This document shows positions 8,651-18,422 of a stretch of 64,000 nt of DNA, piece after piece. Each line of letters opens with the position of its first letter. Position 1 is the first letter of the stretch. Under the pieces are notes generated by a model that was not told the origin of the DNA, did not search any database, and saw only the letters and a list, made by a program, of their open reading frames with translations. The position numbers and the translations under genes were made by a program. The stretch comes from an uncultured Alphaproteobacteria bacterium (lineage in GTDB: Bacteria; Pseudomonadota; Alphaproteobacteria; Rs-D84): positions 3,233 to 67,232 of the forward strand of contig CALXMQ010000002.1 of assembly GCA_944389515.1 (NCBI GenBank), given 5' to 3'.

Positions 8651-9409
8651 TTAAATTGCACGTGCAACACGGCAAAATGTTACACCGTATACTGCTGATG
8701 CGCCGGCTTTTGTCAAAACACGTCGCAATTCAGCAAATGTCGCCCCTGTTGTCATAACATCATCAACTAATAATATTTTTCGACCGCGAATTTTATCTGG
8801 GCGCACAACAGAAAACACACCATGAATATTTTCTGCACGTTGCGCAGCACTTTTATGTCCCATATCAGGACGATATTTACGACGTAAACTGGATAAATCC
8901 ATTGGCACGCCATATGCATGTGCAATCGGACGCGCCAATAATGTGGCCTGGTTATATCCACGATGAAACAAACGACGCCATGCCAACGGAACTGGCATAA
9001 CAATATCTGGCGATATATCTGTATCACGCAATGCCCATATCATCGCACGTGCCATAAATGCCGCATTTTTAATACGTCCAGCATGTTTGAACGGTAAAAC
9101 AGCGCCACGCGACGCATCATCATATGTACATGCACTGCGTATTAAATCCAACGCACATCCACCAGACGCACAATTTGGGCACAATGGATGTGCACCTAAA
9201 TCTAAATTTGCAGGAAACGGATATCCACATTTTTCACACCGCGGTGCACCAATCCAATTAAATTCACACCAACAATCTGCACACAATTCGCCATTTGTTG
9301 AAACAGCCGCACCACACAAAGGACACGCAGATGGAAATAAAAATTCAATAAAAAATTGCGCGGCATTTGATATCAAATTTGCCGCGCGTTCAGAATATAT
9401 TTTTACCAA
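8651..9409 (-). CDS. comF: ComF family protein (amidophosphoribosyltransferase-like, N-terminal Cys4 zinc finger)
   Basis: CPLCG...CADCW..CEKCG...CPNC, followed by the PRTase motif ILLVDDVMTTGAT. Confidence 0.8.
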   Translation of the reverse strand: MVKIYSERAANLISNAAQFFIEFLFPSACPLCGAAVSTNGELCADCWCEFNWIGAPRCEKCGYPFPANLDLGAHPLCPNCASGGCALDLIRSACTYDDASRGAVLPFKHAGRIKNAAFMARAMIWALRDTDISPDIVMPVPLAWRRLFHRGYNQATLLARPIAHAYGVPMDLSSLRRKYRPDMGHKSAAQRAENIHGVFSVVRPDKIRGRKILLVDDVMTTGATFAELRRVLTKAGASAVYGVTFCRVARAI

Positions 9410-10836
9410 GACATGCTTCTGTATGTTTTTTTATTGATTGTATCACCAAATATATCACGTTGCTGTTTGGTCAATGTTTCGTATTGATCCAATGAAATCA
9501 TACGCAACACCAAACCTTCTTCGTCACGTTGGGATAATACTGGCAAAATACGTTGTTCAGAAATTCCGTTATCACGTAACACTTGTTCTACAATGGCCAA
9601 TCTGCGCGCCGCCAATTTTCTGTCATCATCATCTGTTGTGACACTTTGTGGAATAGAAACCTGAACCGCACGGGTTGGATTGCTTAAAACAATACCGGCA
9701 TATTCTGTCAACAAATTATAATTATCACGCGATAACGCGGCATCTTCGTTACGGAATTTTATCTTGATTTCCAATGGACGAATTCCACCTGTTTCAGATA
9801 AATCGCGACTGGATGTAAAGCCCGCAGCGTTCGCCGTCATGTCACTGGCCACATCAAAACGGTCATCAATTTGAAACGTGGACAGATGTTTATTTTCAGA
9901 CAAAAATGTTTTTCTAAATGCACGACGCAATTCACTGGGGGTCATTTGCGTCATATCATTACGCACAGAAACAATACGCGGTGATTCTGCACGCTTTACC
10001 GCACGCACAACAACATCATCAGATACATCGTCCATCGGCACAACCATGCGCGATATGTTTATATCATCATCATAATCATTTGAAATATCATTACGCGCAA
10101 TAACAGGCGCCGCATCAACAGTTGCCGCACGCGACACCGTTGGTCTTGCCACAACATTTCGTTTTGCCGAACGCGATGTTGTATTGGCACGTGATTCAAC
10201 CGGTGCAATATCCGCCCTGGCGAAATCATTGCGCACACTGGCGTCGGCACGACGCTGTAATTCATTTAACCGCGCAATTTGCGCATCTAATTCAGACATA
10301 TGCGATGATGTAACCGGCGTAACAGTTTCTGGAACTGGTGCCGCGTTACGTGTGGCAACCATTGTTGAAACAGAACTGGTGCCATCCAAACTTTCTTCGG
10401 GTAAAATATCATCAGAACGAATTACTGCGAATTCATCAGGATTTGGCAAACGCAATGGTGTTATATCATCAGATGTGTCAGACGACGCATGCGCCCATAA
10501 ATCTGAACTGGGGCGACGTGGCGACAAAACATCCGCCGATGCAACAATCTGGCCGCCGGTATCCATTGCCGGTTCAACACGTTTTTTTTGCGTTGTCGCG
10601 GTGCGTGCAACAACATTTTCTGATTTAGTCGTTGAATTATTTTTACCACCAGCATCAGCCACCGCAACCGTCGGTTGTGCCACAGCAACTTTTTTAACCG
10701 GCTGAACAATTTCTTCGCCAAATGCTGCACGTGCAGAAACCCCACCAGCCGCCAAATTCACCACCGGCAAACGCACGTCTGCAAATGCCGGCAACGCAAT
10801 AAACAGCGATATTACAGAGATTGCAATATGTCGCAT
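9403..10836 (-). CDS. Secreted, largely low-complexity protein with a degenerate OmpA/MotB-like C-terminal region (477 aa)
   Basis: ORF 9403..10887, with the start moved to MRHIAISVISLFIALPAFA|D (GGAAGGAAAGGAAA SD upstream). The C-terminus ..RKLAARRLAIVEQVLRDNGISEQRI.. resembles the LS..RA.AV..YL...GI motif. Its stop overlaps the comF start. Confidence 0.5.
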   Translation of the reverse strand: MRHIAISVISLFIALPAFADVRLPVVNLAAGGVSARAAFGEEIVQPVKKVAVAQPTVAVADAGGKNNSTTKSENVVARTATTQKKRVEPAMDTGGQIVASADVLSPRRPSSDLWAHASSDTSDDITPLRLPNPDEFAVIRSDDILPEESLDGTSSVSTMVATRNAAPVPETVTPVTSSHMSELDAQIARLNELQRRADASVRNDFARADIAPVESRANTTSRSAKRNVVARPTVSRAATVDAAPVIARNDISNDYDDDINISRMVVPMDDVSDDVVVRAVKRAESPRIVSVRNDMTQMTPSELRRAFRKTFLSENKHLSTFQIDDRFDVASDMTANAAGFTSSRDLSETGGIRPLEIKIKFRNEDAALSRDNYNLLTEYAGIVLSNPTRAVQVSIPQSVTTDDDDRKLAARRLAIVEQVLRDNGISEQRILPVLSQRDEEGLVLRMISLDQYETLTKQQRDIFGDTINKKTYRSMSW

Positions 10837-10909
10837 TTTCCTTTCCTTCCTGTATTCATCATAGAACAAATGACGAATCGCACGCAAGCAGAAAAATGCA
10901 CACTTTATA

Positions 10910-11956
10910 TTATTTTGTTATTTCATCACAAATTATTTGAACAGCATTATTTGGAACCAATGATTTTTTTGCCATTTTGGCCAAACGCGATGGATTATCA
11001 AATAATTCTGTCAATGTTGCCGTCAACCATTTTGGTGTAAATTTATCCTGGGGTACTGCGAAACCGCCGCCCAATTTGGCGAAACTGGCCGCATTAGCCG
11101 CCTGGTCTGGATTTATATTCAATGGCACCAATATCGCACCACGCCCGATTGTTTCTAATTCAATAACAGTGCTGGCCCCACTGCGCCCAATTACCAAATC
11201 AGAATCAACAATCGTACCGGCCATATCGTGAATAAACGACAAAACATTTGCACGAATTTTGTTATCTGCATATAACTTTTGCAATCGCGCAACATTTTCA
11301 GGCCGTGTTTGATGCGTAACAAAAATCTTTTTATTTTTCATTTGCAATATTGCCGCTGGAACAACATCATCTAAAATCTGGGCCCCCAAAGAACCACCTG
11401 TTACTAATAATTTTGATGCACCCGGCAATGGTGCGCCGGCAGCTGCTAAAAATTCATGACGCACGGGCAATCCAGTATACACAACATGTGCAGATGTATT
11501 TTTTGGCAATCCATCCACGGTTGGAAAACTGGTCATCAATGTACGAACCCATCGCAATGAAAATTTATTCGCACGACCAATCGCAGCATTTTGTTCATGT
11601 AAAAATGTTGGTATTTTCCATACGTGCGCCGCAAACACAACAGGCACAGATGCATATCCACCAAACGCAACAACCCGATTGGGGCGCGACGCCGCAAACC
11701 GCAACACCAACCATATGGCAGATATTGCAATTTTAGACAATGCGATGATTTGTTTTACACGACTTTTTGCACCAACGCCCGATGCCCACACAGATGTAAT
11801 TTTCGCACCGCGCGGCGCACCATCTTGCACCATTTGACGCACACGACCGTCACGTGAAATTATAACACGATGCCCACGTGTAACCAATTCTGATGCAACA
11901 CTGATTGCAGGAAAAACATGACCACCGGTGCCGCCTGTTGCAATCCATATTTTCAT
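10910..11956 (-). CDS. murG: UDP-N-acetylglucosamine--N-acetylmuramyl-(pentapeptide) pyrophosphoryl-undecaprenol GlcNAc transferase
   Basis: GGTGGHVFPA N-terminal motif; 348 aa; located in dcw context. Confidence 0.9.
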   Translation of the reverse strand: MKIWIATGGTGGHVFPAISVASELVTRGHRVIISRDGRVRQMVQDGAPRGAKITSVWASGVGAKSRVKQIIALSKIAISAIWLVLRFAASRPNRVVAFGGYASVPVVFAAHVWKIPTFLHEQNAAIGRANKFSLRWVRTLMTSFPTVDGLPKNTSAHVVYTGLPVRHEFLAAAGAPLPGASKLLVTGGSLGAQILDDVVPAAILQMKNKKIFVTHQTRPENVARLQKLYADNKIRANVLSFIHDMAGTIVDSDLVIGRSGASTVIELETIGRGAILVPLNINPDQAANAASFAKLGGGFAVPQDKFTPKWLTATLTELFDNPSRLAKMAKKSLVPNNAVQIICDEITK

Positions 11957-12088
11957 TTTTATTACCTTGGTTTATATAATGTAATTATTATATCACTGGA
12001 ATTTAGTATTGCAATAAAAGTCGGGTCACGACATCACCCAATACTGTTCAAGATAAAATCATTAAACGTGATATAAACTTATGTTTTT

Positions 12089-13225
12089 TTATTTCCACTT
12101 ATCTTCGCGAACGATGGCCAAAATCATCCCGAACAACAGGCAAAAAGATAATAACGAACTGCCCCCATACGATATAAACGGCAAAGTCATACCCTTGGGC
12201 GCGAACAAATGTAATGTCGACATCAAATTTATACATACCTGGGTGCCAAACAATGCCGCCGCACCACCAGTTGCATAAAACACAAATTTATCACGTGCCG
12301 ATGTTGCGTTCACAATCAGCCGACGCAAAACCAACATCAAAAATACAATTAAACCACATGCCAATATCGCACCAGCATCTTCGGCAATGGCCGCAAAAAT
12401 AAAATCTGTATGTGCATCAGGCAAAGATTGTTTTACAAACGCACCGTCACCTTGGCCAAACAGACCGCCATTTTGAATCGATTGAACTGATTGATCAACC
12501 TGGTACGTGTCACCAGTACCGGTAAAAAATGCAACAATACGATTATGCACGTGCGACATTGTAAAGAACGCAACCGTCAATAAACCAACACCCACCAAAC
12601 CTATTATTGGAATTATAACCAACGGCAAACCGGCAATAAATAACATTGCACACAATACCGCCAAATACAAAATTGATGTTCCTAAATCAGGATGTGAAAA
12701 TATCGTTAAAATCGCAATCGCAAATATCGCCAAATATGGCCACCAAGATAACCATTTGAATCGCCACGCAGATTTATTAAAAAATATATCATCACCATAT
12801 ACATCATGCATTTTTGATAAAAACCATGCAGTGATAATGATAAAACCCGGTTTCATAATATCAGCCGGCATAACATTAAAACCAAACAAACGCACAAATC
12901 TGTCAGAACCATTTATTGTATGCGGCGCAATCAATGTCATCAGCAACAGTCCCAACCCAACAGCCACATTTATCCACGACAACCGCAACACCCATTTGGT
13001 ATTCAGTGCACTGGCCAGCAACAGTGTTATTGTGCCAATAATATAAAATGGTATTGCTTTGACCAGATAATAATTCCACGGCTGGCCAATACGTTCAGCC
13101 GCAACCGACCCCGCAGAAATCATACAAATAACACTGATTCCGATTAAAACCAACACATAGACCAACAGTTGACGGTCTATTTCAAAATACCAACTGGTAA
13201 GTTTACTTTCTTCGGTTCGTAACAT
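12089..13225 (-). CDS. ftsW: Peptidoglycan glycosyltransferase FtsW (SEDS family)
   Basis: 10-TM SEDS pattern (..QPSE-like region, GTQVCINL..LPFISYGGSS). Sits between mraY and murG. Confidence 0.85.
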   Translation of the reverse strand: MLRTEESKLTSWYFEIDRQLLVYVLVLIGISVICMISAGSVAAERIGQPWNYYLVKAIPFYIIGTITLLLASALNTKWVLRLSWINVAVGLGLLLMTLIAPHTINGSDRFVRLFGFNVMPADIMKPGFIIITAWFLSKMHDVYGDDIFFNKSAWRFKWLSWWPYLAIFAIAILTIFSHPDLGTSILYLAVLCAMLFIAGLPLVIIPIIGLVGVGLLTVAFFTMSHVHNRIVAFFTGTGDTYQVDQSVQSIQNGGLFGQGDGAFVKQSLPDAHTDFIFAAIAEDAGAILACGLIVFLMLVLRRLIVNATSARDKFVFYATGGAAALFGTQVCINLMSTLHLFAPKGMTLPFISYGGSSLLSFCLLFGMILAIVREDKWK

Positions 13226-13231
13226 TTTTCT

Positions 13232-14320
13232 TTATGCGAATTTTAATAACACCAATGCCAATCCAGAAAATAATATTGATACAATGAAAAAGCGTTCAAC
13301 AATTTTTGTTTCTGGCCAACCTAATTCTTCAAAATGATGATGCAATGGCGCACGCAAAAATACGCGACGTCCCGTTCCTGTGATTTTACGCGATGCTTTG
13401 AAATACATCGTTTGTATAAATGAAGACATCAAAATCAAAACCATCATCCCGGCCGCAATCGCCATGATTATTTCTGATTTTAACAACATCGCAACAGTGC
13501 CCATAAATCCGCCCAACGCCAAAGACCCAACATCGCCCATGAATATTGACGCCGGTTTGGCATTATACCATAAAAATCCCAGTACTGCGCCAAATGCCGC
13601 GCCCAATACCGCATACAGGCCACTGGCGGTTGGTAAAAACATAACTGTATCCATAAAACCAATACGGGTTGCGCCATATAATGCAACCACCAACACAACC
13701 AATACAGGCATATATAATTTTGCCAACATACCGTCCAGACCATCTGTTATATTTGTGGCATTTGCACTGCCTGCGATTACAAAATACGCAAAAACATAAT
13801 ACCAAAATCCCAATGGCAAAATTATACCAAACGGCAATGCCAACGATAATTCTGGGATATACAACGGTATTGTTTTATTTATCAAATACGCCAAAATTAT
13901 TACACAAACACCTTCGGCGACCAGGCGTGTCAACGGCGACAATCCGTTTGACGCCTTTTTAGATTGTGATGCAACCTTTCTGTAATCATCAATAAATCCG
14001 ATGATGCCAAACATTATCAACGATAATAACGCAATCCAACCCGTCGGATTTGATAACGGCATGAATAAAATACTGGCCACAATAATCGCAGTTACAACCA
14101 AAATACCACCCATCGTTGGAGTGCCGGCCTTTTTTCTGTGTTCTGATGGAACGTTTTCACTGATTGGTTGACCTTTTTTTTGAATTTTATGCATCAGTTT
14201 TATAAACGGACGACCAAATAAAAACACAATTAAAAAAGCCAATCCGAACGCCGCAGCAAACTGAGTCCAACCACTGGCAAAAAAGGTTGCGCCACGTTCT
14301 AAAAATAAAGATGTCAGCAT
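13232..14320 (-). CDS. mraY: Phospho-N-acetylmuramoyl-pentapeptide transferase
   Basis: ORF 13232..14353, with the start moved to MLTSLFLERG (GGAG SD upstream). Motifs GTPTMGG, NATNITDGLDG and GDVGSLALGG. Confidence 0.9.
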   Translation of the reverse strand: MLTSLFLERGATFFASGWTQFAAAFGLAFLIVFLFGRPFIKLMHKIQKKGQPISENVPSEHRKKAGTPTMGGILVVTAIIVASILFMPLSNPTGWIALLSLIMFGIIGFIDDYRKVASQSKKASNGLSPLTRLVAEGVCVIILAYLINKTIPLYIPELSLALPFGIILPLGFWYYVFAYFVIAGSANATNITDGLDGMLAKLYMPVLVVLVVALYGATRIGFMDTVMFLPTASGLYAVLGAAFGAVLGFLWYNAKPASIFMGDVGSLALGGFMGTVAMLLKSEIIMAIAAGMMVLILMSSFIQTMYFKASRKITGTGRRVFLRAPLHHHFEELGWPETKIVERFFIVSILFSGLALVLLKFA

Positions 14321-14374
14321 AAAATTCTCCTTCTTATGCTGACATTTTATCACATAAATATTACAAAGCCAAAA

Positions 14375-14665
14375 TTATTTAATAACACATGAAATCGGCG
14401 CGTCTTCATTAAAAAACATTATCCAATCAGCCCCATGATTCCATAAAGTAACAGATTGATTCTGCATTTCACCAACATAACGCGCCCCAGATGCAGAAAT
14501 CGCGATATTTAACGTTACCGGATTATCATTGATTACCGCGGTCAATGTTTCACCGTCGGGCGACATTGTGTATTGTACTTTATTTTCACCACATACCATC
14601 GTGGTTGTATCACTGTGGCCGCATGCCGCCAGAAAAACACACGCGAATAACAATATTTTTTTCAT
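14375..14665 (-). CDS. mliC: MliC-family lipoprotein (membrane-bound inhibitor of C-type lysozyme)
   Basis: Lipobox LAAC|G and the core motif ISASGARY, identical to the one I recall in E. coli MliC. Followed by LWNHGADW and two flanking Cys. Confidence 0.75.
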   Translation of the reverse strand: MKKILLFACVFLAACGHSDTTTMVCGENKVQYTMSPDGETLTAVINDNPVTLNIAISASGARYVGEMQNQSVTLWNHGADWIMFFNEDAPISCVIK

Positions 14666-14688
14666 AAAATCCCCCCATTTATTTTAAC

Positions 14689-16737
14689 TTAAAATATACC
14701 GCCAACCGCCGGACCAGATTGCGCAGCCGCCTGGGCCGGTGCAGGATTTGGTTTTTGACCAGGCTTGAACGCTTCGGTAATAATTGTGCCATTTGGGTCA
14801 TCAGACGCCGCCGCCCCAGACATACGATTGACACGAACAAAAGTCATACCATCTGGAACAGAAAACGGTTGATCTTTTTCATTTGCCAATGCTGTTTTCA
14901 TAAAATCTGCGAACACGCGTGCGGCCATATGACTGCCGGCGCCACGCCCCAATGGTTGTGGCATATCAAATCCCAAATATACACCTGCAATTAAATTTTT
15001 AGAAAAACCAACAAACCATATATCTTTGACTTCGTTTGTTGTTCCAGTTTTCCCAGCGATTGTATGCCCAGGAACACGTGCCTGGCGTCCTGTGCCGCGT
15101 TCAACGGTTCCTTGTAATATTGATACCATTTGATACAAACTTTGTGGATCAGACAACGGCTGGGTCGTGGCGATTTTTTCTGGGGGCAATAAATCAGGTT
15201 GCCAATCAATCAATTCTGGGGAATTTCCATCCAATGTGCGCCCATATCTGTCTTGGATATAATCAACCAACTTTGGTTGAATAACGTATCCACCATTTAC
15301 AAATGCTGAATATCCTAAAACTAAACGCTGTAACGTGGTTTCCCCAGACCCCAATGCCATGGATAAATTTATGTTTTGCAAATCAGGCGGATATACACCA
15401 AAACGTTGTGCAACCTCTATGGCATTTTCAACCCCTAAACTTTGCACCATACGAACAGCTGGGACATTGCGTGACGTTTCCAATGCATACCGTAATGGTA
15501 TATCGCCCAAGAATTTTTTATCATAATTTTCTGGTTTCCACAGTGAATTATCTTCGCGCCAACCAACAATCGGCGCATCTAATATCAACGCTTCTGGTGA
15601 TACACCACGTTCCAATGCCGCCAGATATACAAACGGTTTTATTGTACTGCCGATTTGACGCATTGCCTGGGTTGCACGATTAAACGAACTGTCACGAAAA
15701 GAACGACCACCAGACATCGCCACAATGCGCCCAGTATGCGGATTCATCGCGATAATTGCGCCCTGTAATTTCGGTTCGTTTTCATCACGAACAGAATTAT
15801 AGTTATCTAATTCTTTGTTCAATGCCGCAGATGCCGCATGTTGTAATTCTGGGACAATCGTTGTTTTTATATACAAACCTTCGTTATACAGTGTTTCACG
15901 CCCCAATGTTTCCAATAATTGACGACGAACATCTTCGGCAAAATATTGAAAATCTGCATCCATTTGGGCGGTAAAATCACTGTTGATATTTAATGGTTCT
16001 GCGGCGGCGGCATCGGCATCAGATTGGGTGATATAACCTTCTTCGACCATGCGACGTAAAACATAATTACGACGTGAAATTGCATTTTCACGATTATTTG
16101 GTGCCTTGGGCAATGCGGCCAAGAAAGCGCATTCAGACAATGTCAATTCTGATACAGGTTTATTAAAATACATCAATGCCGCCGATCCAACACCATATGC
16201 GCGCGCGCCCAGATATATTTGATTCATGTATAAAGTCAAAATATGCTGCTTAGAAAAAGTACGTTCCAAACGCAACGCCAAAATTGCTTCTTTAATCTTG
16301 CGTGAAATTGTACGTTCAGATGTTAAAAAGAAATTCTTTGCAACCTGCTGGGTAATTGTTGACGCCCCAGAAAACCGCGCATCAAAACCCAACATACGCA
16401 AACCATTATTTACCGCCGCACGGGTTATACCCTGGATATCAATACCGGGATGCGTCCAGAAATTTTGATCTTCGGCGGCAATAAATGCATTTACCAACTG
16501 GGGCGGCAAATCATCAAAATCAATAAACACACGACGTTCTTCGGCGTATTCAATCAGCAAACTGCCATCTGATGCATACAAACGCGTTGCAACCGGTGGC
16601 GCATATGTTGCCAATTTCTTGTAATCCGGTAAATCATTGCCATAAATAAACACCAATACGGCCAATGCCGCAATACCAAAAGTAAATCCCCAGAACAATA
16701 TGTTCAGAAAAATGCGCAATATTTTTTTGAATTTCAT
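14689..16737 (-). CDS. mrcA: Class A penicillin-binding protein (PBP1A-type transglycosylase/transpeptidase)
   Basis: GT51 motifs EDQNFWTHPGID, GASTITQQ and RKIKEA. Transpeptidase motifs STIKP and KTGTT. Confidence 0.9.
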   Translation of the reverse strand: MKFKKILRIFLNILFWGFTFGIAALAVLVFIYGNDLPDYKKLATYAPPVATRLYASDGSLLIEYAEERRVFIDFDDLPPQLVNAFIAAEDQNFWTHPGIDIQGITRAAVNNGLRMLGFDARFSGASTITQQVAKNFFLTSERTISRKIKEAILALRLERTFSKQHILTLYMNQIYLGARAYGVGSAALMYFNKPVSELTLSECAFLAALPKAPNNRENAISRRNYVLRRMVEEGYITQSDADAAAAEPLNINSDFTAQMDADFQYFAEDVRRQLLETLGRETLYNEGLYIKTTIVPELQHAASAALNKELDNYNSVRDENEPKLQGAIIAMNPHTGRIVAMSGGRSFRDSSFNRATQAMRQIGSTIKPFVYLAALERGVSPEALILDAPIVGWREDNSLWKPENYDKKFLGDIPLRYALETSRNVPAVRMVQSLGVENAIEVAQRFGVYPPDLQNINLSMALGSGETTLQRLVLGYSAFVNGGYVIQPKLVDYIQDRYGRTLDGNSPELIDWQPDLLPPEKIATTQPLSDPQSLYQMVSILQGTVERGTGRQARVPGHTIAGKTGTTNEVKDIWFVGFSKNLIAGVYLGFDMPQPLGRGAGSHMAARVFADFMKTALANEKDQPFSVPDGMTFVRVNRMSGAAASDDPNGTIITEAFKPGQKPNPAPAQAAAQSGPAVGGIF

Positions 16738-16781
16738 GACTAATAAATTTTAGAATATTTATCGCCTGTTTGCAAGTTTTT

Positions 16782-16810
16782 GAAAAAATAAAACCGCCAA
16801 ACGGCGGCAA
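16782..16810 (-). terminator. Rho-independent terminator after the SuhB-like gene
   Basis: Minus strand reads GCCGCC GTTT GGCGGT followed by TTTATTTTTT. Confidence 0.5.
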
Positions 16811-16817
16811 TTTGATA

Positions 16818-17522
16818 TTATAATTCGACCCGACCGTTTGTGGCAATTAAATCAGCCCCCATGGTTATTTTACCGCCCGCTTCGCGAACCAATAAATCAC
16901 CAGCGGCAATTTCAGCAAAATCCAACGGGTCAGATACAAATGCATCAAATTTACCAGACGCCACCCACGCCAAATCCAATGCAGGACATCCCGTACGACG
17001 AACGTCGCCAATCATTTTGCGCCCATCAGATATATTATATGCAATCGTCAAATCTGATGGTTCTGACAAATTTGAAACGCGCACACGGGCAGAATGATAT
17101 GCAGAAAACACATATGCCCCACGTTCTGATTCCGCATAATATAAACGTTCATCAATCGGTGAATAAACCAATGCGATTTTTGTTTCATCGTTTGTGCGCA
17201 ATGCCAAAGATATCGCAAAATGTGGGTTTGCACGTACAAAATTTGCCGCCCCCGATAAAGACAAGACAAATTCGTCGCGTCCGGCGCCGTCGTGCGTGAC
17301 ATTTGGCGTCAACAAACCAGCCGATGGCCGAACCAACAATAAATCGTTCAATATACTTTCTTCGATTCTGGCCGCGGCCTTTTTAACAAAGTCACGTGCG
17401 CCATGTAATGATTGCTGTAAATTTTCAACTTCGCCAAAATCGTGGCGCAAACCGGATGCAGTCCGTTGCAACGCCATAAACATTTTGTTTAATTCGGTTG
17501 AACCCTTGATCAGCAATTCCAT
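16818..17522 (-). CDS. Inositol monophosphatase (SuhB/CysQ) fold protein with degenerate metal-binding motifs
   Basis: Collinear with SuhB (..NFVRANPHFAISLAL.., RRTGCPALDLAWVASG, AAGDLLVREAGG). However EE is replaced by PN, DPxDGT by SLSGAA and WD by AE. Confidence 0.7.
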   Translation of the reverse strand: MELLIKGSTELNKMFMALQRTASGLRHDFGEVENLQQSLHGARDFVKKAAARIEESILNDLLLVRPSAGLLTPNVTHDGAGRDEFVLSLSGAANFVRANPHFAISLALRTNDETKIALVYSPIDERLYYAESERGAYVFSAYHSARVRVSNLSEPSDLTIAYNISDGRKMIGDVRRTGCPALDLAWVASGKFDAFVSDPLDFAEIAAGDLLVREAGGKITMGADLIATNGRVEL

Positions 17523-17546
17523 TACATTACACCCATTAAATTTATA

Positions 17547-17759
17547 TTAAAATTTGAATCCTGCGAATTTGCTTTTGAATTCGGCCGCACGTTGACCCTT
17601 TTCACCAGCATTATTACGCTGGCCCGTCCATGCAGAATGATTCAAATTATCCGTGGATAAAACCAAGTCTTTGTTCACAGACGAATACATTTTAACAGTT
17701 TTACCGTCTGTCATTGTGACATTGATTTCATAATATTCTGGATGAATTCCTTTTTTCAT
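17547..17759 (-). CDS. rpmE: 50S ribosomal protein L31 (Cys-less form)
   Basis: MKKGIHPEYYEINVTMTDGKT..; 70 aa. Confidence 0.9.
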   Translation of the reverse strand: MKKGIHPEYYEINVTMTDGKTVKMYSSVNKDLVLSTDNLNHSAWTGQRNNAGEKGQRAAEFKSKFAGFKF

Positions 17760-17835
17760 CGTATTACCCTTTTATTATCTTACAAGCCCGAAAATTATAC
17801 AAGTATTTTTCCAGAAATCAAGAAATATTAGCATA

Positions 17836-18354
17836 TTAGTATCGGCCGATGCACCCCAAATAAGAATTGCCAGTCGATTCCAGTATATTTATGAACTGGG
17901 ATTGGCTGTGCCCGGTAAACAATGCCAAAATAGTACCAGCATCTGTGGCCAACATATCTGCAACCGTTGCAATACCAGAATTCATTTTCTTAAAAAAACC
18001 GCTGGCCGGGTATATTTCTGCCGCCAACAGTTGATTTTTTCCGCCACGCGCCGATTTTGACGCCGTTTGTTCAGATTCTATTACCATCAACTGGCATTCT
18101 GGGGATATAATCAATTTATCCGTAACAATGGCGTTGCCACCCAATAATTCCCCCCACCAACCGGTCGATTCGCAAAAAACAGGATAATATATCGATGCAT
18201 CTGGATTTTTTGCCAAAACATCCATTAAATCCGCATCACCCGTTACAACATCAGGCATAACGCCAGTTGTGGTGTTTATAACCTTGCGCGCCAACTGGTA
18301 ATCTGGGTCGGCGTTTGTTTTGCGTGGCCAATAAAGAATCGGAAACTGCTTCAT
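17836..18354 (-). CDS. Hypothetical soluble protein (172 aa) immediately downstream of VirB6-like paralog A
   Basis: Intact ORF with no TM segment or signal peptide. An extended -10 (TGATATAAT) lies 8 nt upstream of the ATG. Confidence 0.5.
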   Translation of the reverse strand: MKQFPILYWPRKTNADPDYQLARKVINTTTGVMPDVVTGDADLMDVLAKNPDASIYYPVFCESTGWWGELLGGNAIVTDKLIISPECQLMVIESEQTASKSARGGKNQLLAAEIYPASGFFKKMNSGIATVADMLATDAGTILALFTGHSQSQFINILESTGNSYLGCIGRY

Positions 18355-18362
18355 TGATATGA

Positions 18363-18371
18363 ATTATATCA
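18363..18371 (-). promoter_or_regulatory. Extended -10 element TGATATAAT, 8 nt upstream of the ATG at 18354
   Basis: Plus strand attatatca at 18363-18371. No SD between it and the ATG. Confidence 0.35.
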
Positions 18372-18422
18372 GATTCGGGTTTTACAAAAAAGGGGGCCAC
18401 GTTAAATAAAGCGCTTGATTTT

